A DNA stretch of 58,480 bases from an uncultured Gammaproteobacteria bacterium (GTDB lineage Bacteria; Patescibacteriota; Microgenomatia; CAYGWK01): NCBI GenBank assembly GCA_964487495.1, contig CAZAPL010000033.1, positions 1 through 58,480 of the forward strand, given 5' to 3'. Below are positions 56,325-58,480 of this stretch, one piece after another. Positions within the stretch are counted from its first letter, which is position 1. Each line of letters opens with the position of its first letter. Both the position numbers and the translations under genes were made by a program. The notes beneath the pieces were generated by a model that saw only the letters and a program-made list of their open reading frames with translations, was not told where the DNA came from and did not search any database.

Positions 56325-57017
56325 ATGCATTATCTTTATATTAAAAAAATTCCCAAACAAACATCGGTGGCTATAAATTTAAAATTTTTGCCATTTTTTT
56401 TACTTTTTTTAGGTTCGTTTTTAATTTTGAGTGTTAGCAGCCCAATTATTTTTTATCAATTTTTTCTTTCACCTTCTTTTTCGGAAGTCCTAGAGCCGGT
56501 ACCTTCCGGCATGGAGGTACTTGGTGAATATGAAGAGGAAGATTATACAAAAATTTCTAATTGGTTTATTAACGATCAACCCCTTCCTCCCTTACCCTCA
56601 AAAATTACTCATTATAAGATTTCTATTCCTAAACTTAAAATTAGTGATGCCGTAGTTCAAGTAGGAGGAGTTGATCTTAAAGAAAGTCTTATTCATTATC
56701 AAGGAACTGCGTTTCCTGGTCAGTTTGGGAATACGGTTATCTTTGGGCATTCAGTTTTGCCTCAATTTTTTAATCCTACAAACTATTTAACTATTTTTTC
56801 TACTTTGCCAACCTTAAAGGTTAAAGATGAAATTTTTGTTGACTTTGATGGGGTTCGTTATAAATACGTAGTTGAAGAACTTAAGGAGGTTTCTCCTTCA
56901 GATATTTCGGTTTTGGAGCAAAGATACGATGATTCTTATCTGACTTTAATTACTTGTGTCCCTCCTGGTACTTACCTTAAAAGATTGGCTGTTCGGGCAA
57001 GACTTGAAAAAATATGA
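56325..57017 (+). CDS. sortase-family transpeptidase
   Basis: N-terminal TM, GNTVIFGHS (His), LTLITCVPPG (TLxTC Cys) and RLAVRA (Arg). Confidence 0.85.
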   Translation: MHYLYIKKIPKQTSVAINLKFLPFFLLFLGSFLILSVSSPIIFYQFFLSPSFSEVLEPVPSGMEVLGEYEEEDYTKISNWFINDQPLPPLPSKITHYKISIPKLKISDAVVQVGGVDLKESLIHYQGTAFPGQFGNTVIFGHSVLPQFFNPTNYLTIFSTLPTLKVKDEIFVDFDGVRYKYVVEELKEVSPSDISVLEQRYDDSYLTLITCVPPGTYLKRLAVRARLEKI

Positions 57018-57370
57018 AGATGCTTGGCATAGATTTTGGGAAGAAAAAAATAGGATTGGCAATTTTTAATGGTTTTCTTGTTGAACCCTTGATGGTGATA
57101 AGGGATAAAAAAAGAATTTTAGATATTTGCCAGGAGGAAAAAATAGAAAAAATTGTTTTGGGAATTCCTGAGGGAAAGATGGTTCAAAAAATTAAGAAAT
57201 TTAAGGGATGGCTTGAGCAAAAAACCGGTCTTCCAGTTGATTTTCAAGATGAGACCTTGACGAGCAAAGAAGCAGTTGCTAAAATGAAAGAGATAGGCAG
57301 AAAAATTAAAGAGGAGGATGCTATTTCAGCGGCTTTAATCCTTGAGGCCTATCTTGAGAAAAATGTTTAA
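57014..57370 (+). CDS. ruvX: Holliday-junction-resolvase-like nuclease RuvX/YqgF
   Basis: MLGIDFGKKKIGLAI start and a DETLTSKEA motif. 118 aa. Confidence 0.85.
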   Translation: MKMLGIDFGKKKIGLAIFNGFLVEPLMVIRDKKRILDICQEEKIEKIVLGIPEGKMVQKIKKFKGWLEQKTGLPVDFQDETLTSKEAVAKMKEIGRKIKEEDAISAALILEAYLEKNV

Positions 57371-57563
57371 AAAAATTATTGCTCCGGTTCAAGCCTGGCT
57401 TTTATCTCAAGGAAAATGTGTTGGTTGCGGAGCACCTCTTGCTAAAGGTAAAAGAGAAAAAAAGAATAAAGATCAAGAAAAAGTAACTTGTAAATGCGGG
57501 CGAATTTATATTTTTGACAAAAACACCCAAAAATACCGCCGCGCCCTCTTTGAGGAAGTGTGA
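57363..57563 (+). CDS. small zinc-ribbon protein
   Basis: CVGC...CKC pairs in a 66-aa basic protein. ATG at 57363 overlaps the ruvX end. Confidence 0.45.
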   Translation: MFKKIIAPVQAWLLSQGKCVGCGAPLAKGKREKKNKDQEKVTCKCGRIYIFDKNTQKYRRALFEEV

Positions 57564-58480
57564 GAAAGATAAAGTCTTCAATTATTTTTTTGGTTTTTTT
57601 GGTTTTTTTATTTTTGGTCTGTTTTTCTTGGTGGCAATGGGCAACAGCCCCTTTGTGTAAAAACAATTGTCAATCAAAAATTTTTGTTATCTCCAAGGGA
57701 GAAAGTCTTTCTTCAGTTGCTAAACGTCTTGAAGAAGAAAATTTAATTCGTTCTTCCTTTGCTTTTCAGATTTTGGCAACCAAAGAAGGAATAGTTCGAA
57801 AAATTCAGGCTGGAGATTTTAGATTAAATCCTCAAATGACGCCTTTGAAAATTGCCAGAGAATTAACTCATGGAACTCTTGACCGTTGGGTAACGATTAT
57901 TGAAGGTTTGAGAAGAGAACAAATTGCCGAAAAACTTGAGGAAGCAGGTTTTGAAAATTTCCAAAAAGAGGATTTTTTAGAAGGATCGAAAAATTTAGAA
58001 GGAAAACTTTTCCCCGATACCTATCTTATTCCCAAAGATGCCAATGCCCAAAAAATAATTGAGATTTTGACTAAAAATTTTACTAAAAAAACACCTATGC
58101 CTTCAAAGGAGGTTTTAATTTTATCTTCAATTGTTGAACGGGAGGCAAAATTTGAAGAAGACAGGCCAATTGTGGCAGGAATTCTTTTAAAAAGACTTAA
58201 AAATGGTTGGCCGCTTCAGGCAGATGCAACCGTTCAGTATGCGGTTGGGAGCAAAAGGTGTGGAAGTCAGAATAAAGGTTGTGAATGGTGGCCAAAAAAA
58301 CTAACTAGAGAAGATTTAAAAATAAATTCTCCTTACAATACCTATGTTTATTCTGGTTTACCTCCTTCCCCTATTTGCAATCCAGGTCTTAAGGCAATAG
58401 AGGCAGTTTTAAATCCGGTTGAAACCGATTTTTGGTTTTACCTTTCGGATAAAGAAGGGAAAATGCACTATGCCAAAACC
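57560..58480 (+). CDS. mltG: endolytic murein transglycosylase MltG (YceG-like), 3' end beyond the window
   Basis: Not in the ORF track because no stop occurs before the window end. Hand translation from GTG 57560 gives a TM, then LSSVAKRLEEENLIRS, GKLFPDTY, SIVEREA and SPYNTYVYSGLPPSPICNPG. Confidence 0.88.
   Translation, partial: MRKIKSSIIFLVFLVFLFLVCFSWWQWATAPLCKNNCQSKIFVISKGESLSSVAKRLEEENLIRSSFAFQILATKEGIVRKIQAGDFRLNPQMTPLKIARELTHGTLDRWVTIIEGLRREQIAEKLEEAGFENFQKEDFLEGSKNLEGKLFPDTYLIPKDANAQKIIEILTKNFTKKTPMPSKEVLILSSIVEREAKFEEDRPIVAGILLKRLKNGWPLQADATVQYAVGSKRCGSQNKGCEWWPKKLTREDLKINSPYNTYVYSGLPPSPICNPGLKAIEAVLNPVETDFWFYLSDKEGKMHYAKT

Noticed and set aside
57585-57625. Reiterated TTTTTTTGGT motif
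   Set aside because: It encodes the Phe/Leu/Val-rich TM anchor of MltG (IIFLVFLVFLFLV), so it reflects composition rather than a regulatory repeat.

Overview
AT-rich bacterial chromosomal segment, almost fully coding, standard code (TGA ends conserved genes at expected lengths). Gene content suggests a reduced Candidate Phyla Radiation/Patescibacteria genome, possibly Microgenomates-like; this is inference, no search was run. Housekeeping blocks: groES-groEL; hrcA-grpE-dnaK-dnaJ with a CIRCE operator; nusA-infB-(DHH-like)-rpsO-pnp; metG, alaS, rpsT, rnj, ftsK, ruvX, mltG, murJ and one tRNA-Cys. Many universal proteins are shortened: IF-2 without an N-terminal region, AlaRS without C-Ala, a Lon-like AAA+ module without a protease domain, DnaJ without a zinc finger. 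Envelope genes dominate the rest. One is a lipid-linked glycan cluster with a DPPR-synthase-like UbiA, a WecA-like transferase, a processive GT2 and two GT-C enzymes. Others are two FemAB paralogs, an LCP protein, an M23 peptidase and a sortase. The most unusual locus is a nine-gene minus-strand run (23668-33305). It joins PilN/PilO-like proteins, four exported proteins (Pro/Thr linkers in all four, a shared non-canonical C-terminal sorting signal in two) and a flavoprotein/GT39/DUF2298 module. No pilin, PilM, ATPase or platform gene is in the window. A second candidate is a two-gene insertion (actin-like/TM/beta-rich ectodomain protein plus sortase) splitting the conserved alaS-ruvX-mltG neighbourhood. 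Several genes carry TATAAT 6-9 nt upstream of the start codon, suggesting leaderless mRNAs. The left edge holds a transposase remnant and a possible orphan immunity gene. All family assignments rest on motif recognition by eye.
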